A DNA stretch of 64,000 bases, from IMG/VR virus record IMGVR_UViG_3300028840_008157. One strand, given 5' to 3'. The stretch's first letter is position 1; each line of letters starts with the position of its first letter. The notes beneath the pieces were generated by a model. That model did not search any database and was not told the DNA's origin. It saw only the letters and a list, made by a program, of their open reading frames with translations. Below, in pieces: positions 53,267 to 62,764 of this stretch. The position numbers were made by a program, and so were the translations under genes. Source of the DNA: a virus (lineage: Duplodnaviria > Heunggongvirae > Uroviricota > Caudoviricetes).

Positions 53267-56158
53267 ATGCGGAAGAAGGCCGAGAAGACGCTCACGGACG
53301 GCGGCAAGTTCCCCATCGAGAGTTGCCGCGAGCGCATCGCGCGCCGATACGGCCAGGACGCCGTCGCGCTGAGCGGGCCCTGCGAGGGGACGTCGCTCGT
53401 GGATTGCGTCTGCCAACAGCTCGAGGACAGGTGGGACAAGGTCGGCCCGAGGCTCGCCGGAAGCGAGAAGAAGGCCGTCAAGGTCGCCATGCGCCTCGCG
53501 GAGAGCTACTCCGCCAAGGACGACACGGACGCCTGCGTCTCCGATCTCCAGAAGATCGGCTACGAGAAGACCGCCGCCGCCGGGATCGCCGACTACATGA
53601 AGGCTTTCGCGATGGATCGGGTCGCCCAGGACGAGCTCGACGAGATCGTCGGCGTCGTCTCCGAGGAAGACGAGCCCGAGGTCGGTGACGACATGGGGTT
53701 CGACGACATCGACGAGGAAGTCGGACCGCCCGTCGAGGAAGACGTCGTTCCCGAGGCCGAGGAGGAGGTCGAGGTCGACCTCGAGCCGGCCGAGGAACTA
53801 CCGGCCGAGCTACCGACCGTCGGGGGCGAGGAGACCGTGACGATCGAGCTCCCGCAGGAGGTCGCCGACGAGCTCATGGCCGCCATCTCCGGGGCCACCG
53901 AGGACGTCGATGTTGTCGACGATGACATCGTCGAGCTCGATACGGAAGAGGTTCCCGGGGAGCCCGTCGAGCTCCAGGAGCCAGGCGAGCAGGTCGTGAC
54001 CGGCGAGCCGGCCATCGAGGAAGCGGCCGCTGGCGGAGACGAGCACGACGAGGACGAGCCTCATTTCCCACACGAGACTCCCGAGGAGCATGAGGCCCAC
54101 GAGAAGGCCGAAACCCCCGAGGAGGAGAAGAAGGAGCACGAGTCCGGCGAGCCCGAGAGCGAGGAGTCCAAGGAACACGTCGAGGAGATGAAGGAGCGGG
54201 TCGAGGATAAAGGTGAGGACGAGGACGAGGACGAGAAGGAGGAGAAGGAGGCCGCGCTGATGCTTCGCGGCGGACGCCTTCGCCGAGTCGGCCAGACGAT
54301 CCTGCGTCTCGGGCCCGAGATGTCCCTTAACAATACCGACCAACAGGCCGGTGGCAAGCCCCTTGGAACCGCCAAGGAGAAGACCGTCGAGAAGCCGGAG
54401 CCGATCGCCGACGGGAACCTCGAGACCGAGGGTTACTCGGCTGGCGACAAGAAGTTCCAGGACGGAAGTACGATGGGCAAGGAACCCCCATTCGACCCGA
54501 AGACCGTTTCCAAGGAGGAGGTCAGCAAGGGCGACGCGAGCCTCATGGGCAAGGACGAGTCCGTCCCCCGTGGCGACCCGGACGTCCCGGCCGGCAGCTC
54601 CCCCTTGGGCCACGAGCCGTGGCAAGGAGGTGACGTGAGCACCAAGGGCACCGTGATCGCGACGTTCACCCCCAAGGGTCTCGTCGTCGAGACGCCGGAA
54701 GGCAAGAAGTTCCTGGCCAAGGCGGCCATGAAGCAGGTCACGCCGGAGCTCGTCGAGAGCGTCGGCAAGATCCCCTACGAGGGCGACGGCCGCAAGTTCG
54801 CCGCCACCGCCCTGAAGCTCATCCGCGAGTCCAAGTGCGTCTGCGAGGAGGGCGTGACGAAGACCGACACGTCCAAGCTCGAGGCGACGAACTTCACGAA
54901 CGACGCCAAGAAGAAGCCCGACGAGGGAGGCGCCGTCGCCGGGGAGAAGGGATCTCCCGCCCCGCAGGAGGAGGGCGTAACCAAGATCGACACCTCGAAG
55001 CTCGAGGCGACGAAGTTCACCAACGACGAGGAGAAGAAGGCCGAGGCCGAGAAGAACATCGCGACGCTCATCAAGCAGGCCAAGTACCTCAAGGACGTCG
55101 AGTGCAACGACGAGCTCCTCGGCATCTTCGCCAAGAACCTGAGGACGGCCTGGAGGGACGTCCCACAAGTCCAGTACGACCCCGAGGAAGAGGCGCGGTT
55201 GTCCTCCCCCATGGGTCCTCTCCCAGACGAGGTACCCGGCAGGAGGGATCTCGAGTCCGAGATCGACAGCATCAGCAGGCAGATCGGGCAGCTCCTCAAG
55301 AAAAAGGGCCCTCGCGGCATCATGGGACTCGCTGAGCTGAAGAAGATGCTCAGGGAGCTCCAGGAAAAGGAAGACTGGCCGCGCGAGGAGGAGGAAGACG
55401 AGTACTTCATGGGGCAGCAGATCGGAGCCAGCTCCGACAAGGCCGTCAAGACCGCCGAGGACAAGAAGGTCAAGGCTCCCGAGCCCGTCCAGGAGAACAT
55501 GGAGCCAGAGGGTTACACGGCCGGCGGCAAGAAGGTTCAGGACGGGAAGACCATGGGCAAGGAGCCCAAGTTCGACCCCCACGAGGTCTCGAAGGAGGAG
55601 GTCAGCGGCGGCGACTCAAGCCTGATGGGCAACGAGCAAAGGGACTTGGGTCCGAAGCCCGATTCCCCGAAGGACATGCCCGAGGTCCCGGCGGGAGCCG
55701 GCCAGATGGGGCATGAGACTTGGGACGGCGGCAACGTCGAGACCAAGGGAACCGTGATCGCGAGCGAGGAGATCATCAGGAAACGCGAGGCCGAGGCTCG
55801 GCAGAAGGCCGAGAACGAGGCCAAGGTCCGGGAGGCGCGCTTGGCCTCCGCGGCCGCCCTCGCAGCGGACATGCTAAGGCACGGCGAGATCGAGGAGAAG
55901 GAGTACAAGGACAAGGTCGACGAGCTCTCCAAGATGCCGGTGCCGGCGATACAGCAGCTCGCCCTGTCGGTGCGCCAGACGCGCCAGCGCATGGCGAGCA
56001 AGATGGCCGCCCAGGAGGAGAAGCCGTCGAAGACGGCTGGCCTGAGCGTCCCGATCATTCCTCAAAACGCGAACGAGGAGAAGTCGCTCGTCGAGCGGCT
56101 GATCCCCCAGTTCAAGCTGTCGAGACAACTAAACGCCCTGGATGACATGAAGAGCTAA
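53267..56158 (+). CDS. acidic scaffolding/core protein with internal duplications
   Basis: Very E/D-rich, coiled-coil C-terminus, upstream of decoration and MCP genes; duplicated ~95-aa and ~24-aa blocks. Confidence 0.7.
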   Translation: MRKKAEKTLTDGGKFPIESCRERIARRYGQDAVALSGPCEGTSLVDCVCQQLEDRWDKVGPRLAGSEKKAVKVAMRLAESYSAKDDTDACVSDLQKIGYEKTAAAGIADYMKAFAMDRVAQDELDEIVGVVSEEDEPEVGDDMGFDDIDEEVGPPVEEDVVPEAEEEVEVDLEPAEELPAELPTVGGEETVTIELPQEVADELMAAISGATEDVDVVDDDIVELDTEEVPGEPVELQEPGEQVVTGEPAIEEAAAGGDEHDEDEPHFPHETPEEHEAHEKAETPEEEKKEHESGEPESEESKEHVEEMKERVEDKGEDEDEDEKEEKEAALMLRGGRLRRVGQTILRLGPEMSLNNTDQQAGGKPLGTAKEKTVEKPEPIADGNLETEGYSAGDKKFQDGSTMGKEPPFDPKTVSKEEVSKGDASLMGKDESVPRGDPDVPAGSSPLGHEPWQGGDVSTKGTVIATFTPKGLVVETPEGKKFLAKAAMKQVTPELVESVGKIPYEGDGRKFAATALKLIRESKCVCEEGVTKTDTSKLEATNFTNDAKKKPDEGGAVAGEKGSPAPQEEGVTKIDTSKLEATKFTNDEEKKAEAEKNIATLIKQAKYLKDVECNDELLGIFAKNLRTAWRDVPQVQYDPEEEARLSSPMGPLPDEVPGRRDLESEIDSISRQIGQLLKKKGPRGIMGLAELKKMLRELQEKEDWPREEEEDEYFMGQQIGASSDKAVKTAEDKKVKAPEPVQENMEPEGYTAGGKKVQDGKTMGKEPKFDPHEVSKEEVSGGDSSLMGNEQRDLGPKPDSPKDMPEVPAGAGQMGHETWDGGNVETKGTVIASEEIIRKREAEARQKAENEAKVREARLASAAALAADMLRHGEIEEKEYKDKVDELSKMPVPAIQQLALSVRQTRQRMASKMAAQEEKPSKTAGLSVPIIPQNANEEKSLVERLIPQFKLSRQLNALDDMKS

Positions 56159-56251
56159 CGTGCCCTTGATGCAGGAACACGGCTGGCGGCCGGCGAAGAT
56201 AAAGGGTGGCTGACCGCCAAGGACGAAGACACAGGAGAGAGGAATACAAAA

Positions 56252-56767
56252 ATGGCCCTTATCGAGAAATACCATGTCGTGGCCGCGTTCTACCCGGTCA
56301 AGGCTGGCGAGGAAATCATCGAGGGCATGTGGGGCAAGCTCGACTCGAACGGAGAGCTGGTCCTTGCCACCGGTGCGAGCGGCGAGTACGCCATCGGCGT
56401 GTGCGGCGACACGAAGTCGACGAGCACGTCCGGCCTACCGTCCACGAACGCCTCCAGTCAGGGCGCGTTCGTCAACCGCGTCTCGGACATGTACGACGAG
56501 ACCAAGGCTTCCGGCAAGATGACGGTCTACATGAGCGGCGGCGAGTTCGCCACCAATCAGTACGAGACCGACGTCGGGTCGGCGGTCCCAAGCGATCCGC
56601 TGTACGTGAGCAGCAACGGCAAGCTCCAGGCCGCCGCTTCCACGTCCGCGCAGATCGTGGCTCGCCTGACGAAGGCGGCCGGCGCGTACGACTCCGGCGT
56701 TCCGGGGTTGGACGTCAACGGCAGCTTGACCCTCGGCAACTACTGCGAGTTCAAGCTGGTCCTCTAG
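56252..56767 (+). CDS. capsid decoration/cement protein
   Basis: SGKMTVY..GGEF.T.QY...PLYV..NGKL beta-rich pattern directly upstream of MCP; ends TAG TAG TGA. Confidence 0.7.
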   Translation: MALIEKYHVVAAFYPVKAGEEIIEGMWGKLDSNGELVLATGASGEYAIGVCGDTKSTSTSGLPSTNASSQGAFVNRVSDMYDETKASGKMTVYMSGGEFATNQYETDVGSAVPSDPLYVSSNGKLQAAASTSAQIVARLTKAAGAYDSGVPGLDVNGSLTLGNYCEFKLVL

Positions 56768-56781
56768 TAGTGACCAAATAG

Positions 56782-56802
56782 GGGGCCAGCCGTGCTGGCC
56801 CC
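56782..56802 (+). promoter_or_regulatory. GC hairpin in the MCP leader
   Basis: ggggccagc-cgt-gctggcccc, no U tract. Confidence 0.5.
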
Positions 56803-56865
56803 TCTCAAATAGGTTGGCCATCCGCCACGGAAAAACCGTACGGGGCCTATCAGAGAGGAAGAGCA

Positions 56866-57729
56866 ATGCTCAAGAATAACCAGAACGATCAGGAACGCGA
56901 GGCCGTTATCGCGCAAGCCCTCGAGACGGATGAGGGTCGCGTCGCTCTCGCGCAGGCCATGGTGGAGCCAATCCGCCGGGCCCTCGAGTACCAGGCCGTC
57001 GGGCGCAAGCTGCTCATGGTGGACGAGCTCCCTCAGGGTGCGCTCGCTCGCTACGAGCGTGACGTTCGCTCGGTCGCCCGCGTCATCTCCCGCAGGGGCG
57101 CGGTGCCGGACGAGATCCAAGAGGGCGAGGAAGTCCTCGTCCCGACGTTCGAGATCGCGACCAACCCGCAGGTTCGGTTGAGCGAGATCAAGGCTCGCCG
57201 GTTCTACATCGTGGACCGTGCGCAGATCAAGGCCAAGGAAGCGATCCAGAAGGAAGAGGATAGCAATATCTTCAACGCTCTGATCGCGTCCGTCAACGCC
57301 GCTCACACGGTCACGGCGACCGGTGGCGCGCTGACCCTGACGGCCCTGAACCAAGCGTTCGCGACGATCGAGGCGCACGACCTCACGGTCGCCAAGATCG
57401 TGATGCACGCCCAGCGGTACGCCGACGTTCGTAACTTCGGCAAGACCGTGTACGACGAGGCGACTCAGCGCGAGGTCTTGACCTCCGGCTTGTTCGGTCA
57501 CCTCTGGACCGCGGACATCCACGTCAGCTCCAGGATGCCCACGACCACCGTCCTCCTGACGGCGCCCGCCGATTACGTCGGCGCGTTCCCGATCCGGCAG
57601 GACATCACGGTTCTCCCCGCGGACGACCCGAAGAAGCTCCGCCTCGGCTGGGTCATCTACGAGGAGATCGGGATCGTGGTCATCAACGACTACGCGGTGG
57701 CCAAGATCACGGTGACCAGCGGCTCGTAA
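56866..57729 (+). CDS. major capsid protein (HK97 fold)
   Basis: GR.ALAQAM.EPIR..LEYQ.VGRK.L.VDELPQGA, VPTFEIA.NP, ED..IF, GW..YE.IG...N..AV; extreme codon bias; followed by a terminator. Confidence 0.88.
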   Translation: MLKNNQNDQEREAVIAQALETDEGRVALAQAMVEPIRRALEYQAVGRKLLMVDELPQGALARYERDVRSVARVISRRGAVPDEIQEGEEVLVPTFEIATNPQVRLSEIKARRFYIVDRAQIKAKEAIQKEEDSNIFNALIASVNAAHTVTATGGALTLTALNQAFATIEAHDLTVAKIVMHAQRYADVRNFGKTVYDEATQREVLTSGLFGHLWTADIHVSSRMPTTTVLLTAPADYVGAFPIRQDITVLPADDPKKLRLGWVIYEEIGIVVINDYAVAKITVTSGS

Positions 57730-57747
57730 TCCCAAATCAACACTCAC

Positions 57748-57776
57748 AAAGCCCTCGCCATGCGAGGGCTTTTTTA
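57748..57776 (+). terminator. intrinsic terminator after MCP
   Basis: aaagccctcgc-cat-gcgagggcttt plus T run. Confidence 0.9.
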
Positions 57777-57790
57777 TTGGAGGAGACGAC

Positions 57791-58519
57791 ATGATCGAGA
57801 AATTCGTACTGTTCGTCTGTCCTTCCCGCTCTGGACACAGCTTCATCGGATCCGCCATCGACGCGCATCCTAACGCCTGCGTCGGTCATGAGATGAACGT
57901 CATGAACAAGTTCATAAAAGGACGGTGGAAGGACAAGGATTCCATGTTCAGGGATATCTTTGATAAGACTCAGGTTTTTGATAAGAATGGTCGTCTAACG
58001 CCAAACCGTTTTGGGGACAAGCATGACCAGTCCATGCACGGACAGGTCAAGGGCGACATGTCCGGGCTCATTCTATTAGGCAACAAGAACGGCAAGATCG
58101 ACCTGGACATCGACGACTACATGGCTCACCTGGAGGAGTTCCGAAGGTTCATCGCCCCCGCCGAGGTTCGAGCCTTGTCGGTCCTCCGGAACCCCCTCGA
58201 CGCCTCCGGGAACCCCGACTGGTATTACACGACGCAGGAAAGGTACGACGAGCTCACGATACCGAAGATGGTCGTATGCTACGAGGACTTCGTGCGGGAT
58301 ACCCGCAACGAGATGGCGGCCATCGTGAGGTTCCTGGGGTTGCCGTTGGACGAGCTACACCTTGCCACGGTTGACGACAAGTCTTACAAGGAGCCCATCA
58401 GGTCGAGGCGCCGCATGCAGCACAACAAGAAGTACCGGGCCAAGAAGCCCCTCTTCAAGCAGGCATGCGTCGACTTGCCATTGTACAAGCGCTACGAGTC
58501 CGACCTGGGCGACGACTAG
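57791..58519 (+). CDS. sulfotransferase family protein
   Basis: 5'-PSB-like PSRSGHS...HPN, 3'-PB-like RNPLD, YEDFV.D...I..FLGL. Confidence 0.75.
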   Translation: MIEKFVLFVCPSRSGHSFIGSAIDAHPNACVGHEMNVMNKFIKGRWKDKDSMFRDIFDKTQVFDKNGRLTPNRFGDKHDQSMHGQVKGDMSGLILLGNKNGKIDLDIDDYMAHLEEFRRFIAPAEVRALSVLRNPLDASGNPDWYYTTQERYDELTIPKMVVCYEDFVRDTRNEMAAIVRFLGLPLDELHLATVDDKSYKEPIRSRRRMQHNKKYRAKKPLFKQACVDLPLYKRYESDLGDD

Positions 58520-59157
58520 ACGTACGACGACATCAGGAGGATCGCCTCCTCCGGGCTGGAGAATTTCTCGAACTCCTTGCCGTTATGGAAGTCGTTGATC
58601 CTGGGCCAGTCGTAGATGATGACCGGGACGCCAACGCTGTGACAAAGGTGGCTCAACCCCGAGTCGATGCCTATGAAGAAGGCCGCCTTGGAGGCGAGCG
58701 TCACGCATTCCTTCATGCTCATGGGCAAGCCCAGCCTGGCGTTCTTTCGTCTCGATATCCAGTCCATGATGGCGTCGTGTCGACTCGGCAGAAGGCACCT
58801 GATGCATTGCTCCGGTTGCTGGTTGTTGGAGAGTTGGTGAACGATGAGTTTGCCGTCGCCGTTCCATCGCGTCTTCGTGGGACGATAAGGATGCTTGAAA
58901 CACGTCACGTCCGGCGTGAAAACCGTCGCCCCCCTTTCGACGAGCTTGATCCTCGCCTCTCCCAAGTCCAGGACGGACATGATCTCCTCTAGCTTGCCCC
59001 CGACGAACATGGACTTGTGAAACGCGTCCCCTTCCCTTGGGCAAGCGCACGTCGACGACAGGACCTCCTTCCCTGAACGGATGGAGATGTCGCAGAGCAT
59101 GTTGACGAACGCCCAACAATCGCCCAAACATCGCGTGGGCGGCGCGTAGATGTCCAT
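58516..59157 (-). CDS. glycosyltransferase family 9-like protein
   Basis: AAFFIGIDSGLSHLCHSVGVPVII. Confidence 0.75.
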   Translation of the reverse strand: MDIYAPPTRCLGDCWAFVNMLCDISIRSGKEVLSSTCACPREGDAFHKSMFVGGKLEEIMSVLDLGEARIKLVERGATVFTPDVTCFKHPYRPTKTRWNGDGKLIVHQLSNNQQPEQCIRCLLPSRHDAIMDWISRRKNARLGLPMSMKECVTLASKAAFFIGIDSGLSHLCHSVGVPVIIYDWPRINDFHNGKEFEKFSSPEEAILLMSSYV

Positions 59158-59293
59158 CAGGCGAATCCCTTCATCGAATCCTGTCCCCCCCCATCCTCAT
59201 GAATCATAACGAGATGCGATTCCATTTTGGAATTACGAAGGAAGAACACGTGTTTCTCGTGGTAGCCGATGGTAGCAGGCGGAGGGGACGCCG

Positions 59294-60049
59294 ATGGCCT
59301 TGCGCTCGTTCGGATGCGAGCTGGAGTTCTGCTCCGACTGGGAGCGGACCAAGGACGCTCTCCATCAGGCCGTGGAAGATGTATACGGGCCCCATAAGCT
59401 GATGGTAAGGGAGGCTTGGTACCGGTCCATCAACAACCGTACCTGGCACATGAAGGAGGACGGCTCGACGACCGGAGAGATCGTGACGCCAGTCTCGACG
59501 GAGGATGACCTTGATCTCATATGCGAGGTCATCGGGCTCCTGAGGGCGTCGGGCGTCAAGGCCGGACGGAAGGACGGGTTTCACGTCCACGTGTGGGCGA
59601 GGGACCTCGACCCGAGGATGCTCGTGGCTTCGTGGGCCAGGATCGAGACGCAAGTCATGTCGGTTTTCCCTCGTCACCGCAGGTCGAACTACTATTGCGC
59701 GCCCATACGGGATTCGCGCTTCGAGTCCATGATGGAGTCGGCCAGAAAACACCACGCCGCGTTGTCCATGCGATTGAGGAAATTCCCCAAGTCGCCCAAG
59801 GAGCCACGGATGAAGCAGCGCGGGACCGTCGAGTTCCGCGTCGCGGAGGGGACGTTCGACCCGGTCCTGGTCAGGAATTGGATAAGGTTCTGCCTCCGGT
59901 TCGTCGAGGGGGCCAAGGATATCGACCCCTACGTGTTCATGACGGACAGGCCGTCCAAGCCGAACCTGAGGCAGCTCCTACGCGAGATCGGGATGGAATC
60001 CTCCTACGGGTTCTTCGATTCGAGGAGAAGGCGTTTCGCCCGCGTATAA
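59294..60049 (+). CDS. putative amidoligase (COOH-NH2 ligase type 2)
   Basis: FGCELEF, W...EDGS, EIVTP, GFHVHV, TVEFR. Confidence 0.85.
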   Translation: MALRSFGCELEFCSDWERTKDALHQAVEDVYGPHKLMVREAWYRSINNRTWHMKEDGSTTGEIVTPVSTEDDLDLICEVIGLLRASGVKAGRKDGFHVHVWARDLDPRMLVASWARIETQVMSVFPRHRRSNYYCAPIRDSRFESMMESARKHHAALSMRLRKFPKSPKEPRMKQRGTVEFRVAEGTFDPVLVRNWIRFCLRFVEGAKDIDPYVFMTDRPSKPNLRQLLREIGMESSYGFFDSRRRRFARV

Positions 60050-60081
60050 TCCCGAAGCCGGATGAACCGGGAGGACTACGC

Positions 60082-60981
60082 ATGAAGACGATCTTCGGGA
60101 AGGCGATCAAGAGCGTCTTGTCTGGATCTGCCTGTTTCGGCGTTTCCGGGCCCAAAGGATTCAGTGGTGATTCAGGCGTGAGCGCATATTCGTCCGCGCC
60201 CGGGTTTAGCGGGCGTAGCGGGCGTAGCGGGTTCAGCGGGTTCAGGTTCAGCGGGTTCAGTTCTTCAGGCAGCGGCGTCAGCGGCTTCAGCGGTTTCAGC
60301 GCATGTTCGGCGCCCATCGCCGGGTTCTCGGGGGTCGCGACCAACCTGGTCTATTTCATCGTGGACGAGCAGGAATGGACGGACGCCTACATGTTCGTCG
60401 CCGAGGATTACGCCCTCGAGGAGGTTGAAGAGGGGGAGGTCATCTGGTCCGTCGGGGGGCATTGGCAGTGGAGAGGAGGAGGAAGTCGTCGTCCCTCCTT
60501 ACCGAAGGGCAGGCTGAGCCTGGTGGCGAAGGCCGACGGGAAGGGTCGTTTCGTCCTTGGGGACGACGAAAAGGACGTGACGTCCATGGTAAACCAAAAG
60601 GGAGGTCGCATCGGCTGGTTCGACGTGGGCGATTGCGACAGCGCCGAGGTGATCATCATCTTGGGGAAGGGCGTCATCGGGACGCCCGACGAGCCACTCG
60701 TCGTCCCATCGTCATCGCAGTTCGTCAAGAAGGAAGACGGTTGGACCATAAAGGGTTACGTCGATACCGACATCGTGTTCGGGGAACAACACAAGCATCC
60801 CGTCGAACAGCAAGCCAGGCTAGAACACGACGCCACGTTCTCCGCCTTGGCCGCCGCCGAATGGTCGACGAGATGCGACTACGCGCCGTCCATCCCCGCC
60901 TACTGTAGTTGCCAAGCCTGCTTCGTGGCGAAAAAGTGGAAGGACCATTTCAATAAGGTCAAGTCCGAGCTCGTCGCTTGA
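60082..60981 (+). CDS. hypothetical protein with N-terminal SGFSG repeats
   Basis: GGAGG RBS before ATG 60082 (3' part of track ORF 59521); GFSG/SGxSG repeats at about 60120-60335. Confidence 0.7.
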   Translation: MKTIFGKAIKSVLSGSACFGVSGPKGFSGDSGVSAYSSAPGFSGRSGRSGFSGFRFSGFSSSGSGVSGFSGFSACSAPIAGFSGVATNLVYFIVDEQEWTDAYMFVAEDYALEEVEEGEVIWSVGGHWQWRGGGSRRPSLPKGRLSLVAKADGKGRFVLGDDEKDVTSMVNQKGGRIGWFDVGDCDSAEVIIILGKGVIGTPDEPLVVPSSSQFVKKEDGWTIKGYVDTDIVFGEQHKHPVEQQARLEHDATFSALAAAEWSTRCDYAPSIPAYCSCQACFVAKKWKDHFNKVKSELVA

Positions 60982-61630
60982 TGATCGCCGTGACGTGATC
61001 GGAACCCTCCTCGTATACCTGGCAGAACTCGGCGTTCTCCCCTATGAAGGCTGCCTGATTCGCGTCCATGTACTTCGAGTCGATCTTGCCGCTGGCCGCG
61101 AACCGCTTCAGGACGGGCAACGCGGCATCCTGGTGGCCAGCCGGGAGTCCCCATCCCCAGTTCGACGTGTGCAGGTCTTCGACGACGTACCATCCGCCTG
61201 GCTCGACCTTCGGGAAGAGGAAACCCAACGTGACCTGCTGGTGGATGACCTCGTGGCTTCCGTCGTCGATTATGATGTCGAAGTAGGTTCTCCCCGGCGA
61301 GACGCGTTCCAGCGCCTCCAGGAACCCCTTCTCGTCGTTCTGGTCGGCCTGGAACGTGATGATCCTGTCCTCGTTGAACAGGAACTTGTCGTTGATGTCG
61401 GCCCCGTAGATGACGGCGTTCGGGAAGTACTCCTGGAACATGCGCTGGGACGCCCCGTGGTTCATGGTCTTGCCTAGCCCGTCGTTGACGCCGATCTCGA
61501 GGAGGGCCGAGACGTCGGTTCTGGAATCCTCCCAGAAGTGCGCGTAGAAGTCGGCGAATCCGTGGTAACGATGCCCGTCGCTTCCCTTGTCGGTCCTGTA
61601 CTTGTTGGCCAGGTCGTTCAATAGGCTCAC
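60959..61630 (-). CDS. class I SAM-dependent O-methyltransferase (MycE/TylE-like)
   Basis: TDK...H, LLEIGV, GAS, FPNA.IYGADI, FDIIIDDGSH, PGG.YVVEDL; GTG start overlapping the upstream stop. Confidence 0.85.
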   Translation of the reverse strand: MSLLNDLANKYRTDKGSDGHRYHGFADFYAHFWEDSRTDVSALLEIGVNDGLGKTMNHGASQRMFQEYFPNAVIYGADINDKFLFNEDRIITFQADQNDEKGFLEALERVSPGRTYFDIIIDDGSHEVIHQQVTLGFLFPKVEPGGWYVVEDLHTSNWGWGLPAGHQDAALPVLKRFAASGKIDSKYMDANQAAFIGENAEFCQVYEEGSDHVTAIIKRRART

Positions 61631-62211
61631 GGGATGGATACCTTCTCGCTGCAAACCTGGTAGATGGTCGTCTTGATCGGTCCCGTGTAGCGTCTCAGCC
61701 GGACGCCAGCCTCGTCCAGCATTTCCAGGGCGCTCTCGACGGAATCCTTCCAGTCGTGCCTCCCGTACAGGTGGGACATCATCTCGTCGATGGGGTGATG
61801 ATGGATGACCTCGGATATGGCCCCGCATTGGATGATCCCGTGGGCGCACCCGGCGCAGGGAGCCCATTGCGTGTAGAGCCTGCAATTCCTGGCGCGCCAA
61901 CCCGACAGGATCGCGTTGTCGATGGCGTTCCTCTCGGCGTGTGCCGTATACCGGTACTTCGCCGGCCTCTTGTGGCGGGCGGGGACGTCGTCCTCGACGC
62001 CCCTTGGGAACCCGTTGAAGCCCGTCGAGATGATGCTCCGGCGCTCGTCAACGATGATTGCACCGACCTTGCTCGACGCGTCCTTGGACTTCATGGCCAC
62101 GAAGAAGGACATGCTCATGAAATACTCGTCCCACGAGTCGAATGACGCGTCCTTCAGCGTAGGAATCATCCCGTTCTCCTTGGGATGATTATACTGTCCC
62201 GGGTCGTCCAT
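61627..62211 (-). CDS. dCMP deaminase
   Basis: WDEYFM, SKD...VGA.IV, GFNG.PRG, HAE.NAI, PC..C. Confidence 0.92.
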   Translation of the reverse strand: MDDPGQYNHPKENGMIPTLKDASFDSWDEYFMSMSFFVAMKSKDASSKVGAIIVDERRSIISTGFNGFPRGVEDDVPARHKRPAKYRYTAHAERNAIDNAILSGWRARNCRLYTQWAPCAGCAHGIIQCGAISEVIHHHPIDEMMSHLYGRHDWKDSVESALEMLDEAGVRLRRYTGPIKTTIYQVCSEKVSIP

Positions 62212-62644
62212 CCTCGTTGCTGACGACGACGACCTTGCGATTCTTGAGCATCTCCCTTTCCACGGTACGCGGGTTAAGGCGCGTTATCTTTTTGATCGCC
62301 TCGTCCCTGTTTTTGCGGAACTTCTCGTTCAGCTTTCGGAGGGCCGGTTTCGTCGTAGGAGGGCTCGTGGATACGATCCGGTCGATAATTACCATCGTGT
62401 CGATGTCGCCGTGCTCTTCCTGCCGGCGTCGTACGTGGTCATCGCACCAATTATCGGACTCCTTGATGTCGAAGGCGTAGCCACGAAGCTGGACGGGGAG
62501 CGGACCGAAGTATGTCAGCTTCAGGTCCGACCTTTGACGATCCCCCTTCTTCTTCTCGATTTCGGCCCTCTTGTTCCTACGAGGCATCTTTTTTGTTACA
62601 AGTTCAGACAATTCCTCGAGTTCCGTCTTTTCTTCCGGGTCCAT
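62189..62644 (-). CDS. hypothetical basic protein
   Basis: AAGGAG RBS before MDPEEK. Confidence 0.7.
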   Translation of the reverse strand: MDPEEKTELEELSELVTKKMPRRNKRAEIEKKKGDRQRSDLKLTYFGPLPVQLRGYAFDIKESDNWCDDHVRRRQEEHGDIDTMVIIDRIVSTSPPTTKPALRKLNEKFRKNRDEAIKKITRLNPRTVEREMLKNRKVVVVSNEDGRPGTV

Positions 62645-62674
62645 TGTGAAAATTCTCCTTTCTGGGGCGCATTG

Positions 62675-62764
62675 TCGGGCCTTCGCGTTACCTGGTCTGG
62701 CGTCAGGCACGGCCAAATTGGACTTGATCGGGCCTTCGCGTTACCTGGTCTGGCGTCAGGCACG
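62675..62764. repeat. perfect 37-bp direct repeat x2 in a divergent intergenic region
   Basis: tcgggccttcgcgttacctggtctggcgtcaggcacg at 62675-62711 and 62728-62764. Confidence 0.9.

Noticed and set aside
56866-57729. Encapsulin shell protein
   Set aside because: The fold is related, but the terminase, portal, protease, scaffold and decoration context indicates a phage capsid.
59521-60081. N-terminal 187 aa of track ORF 59521..60981
   Set aside because: Overlaps the amidoligase in another frame; the RBS-supported start is 60082.
62675-62764. Mini CRISPR array
   Set aside because: Only two repeats with a 16-bp spacer, too short for a CRISPR spacer, and no cas genes in the window.
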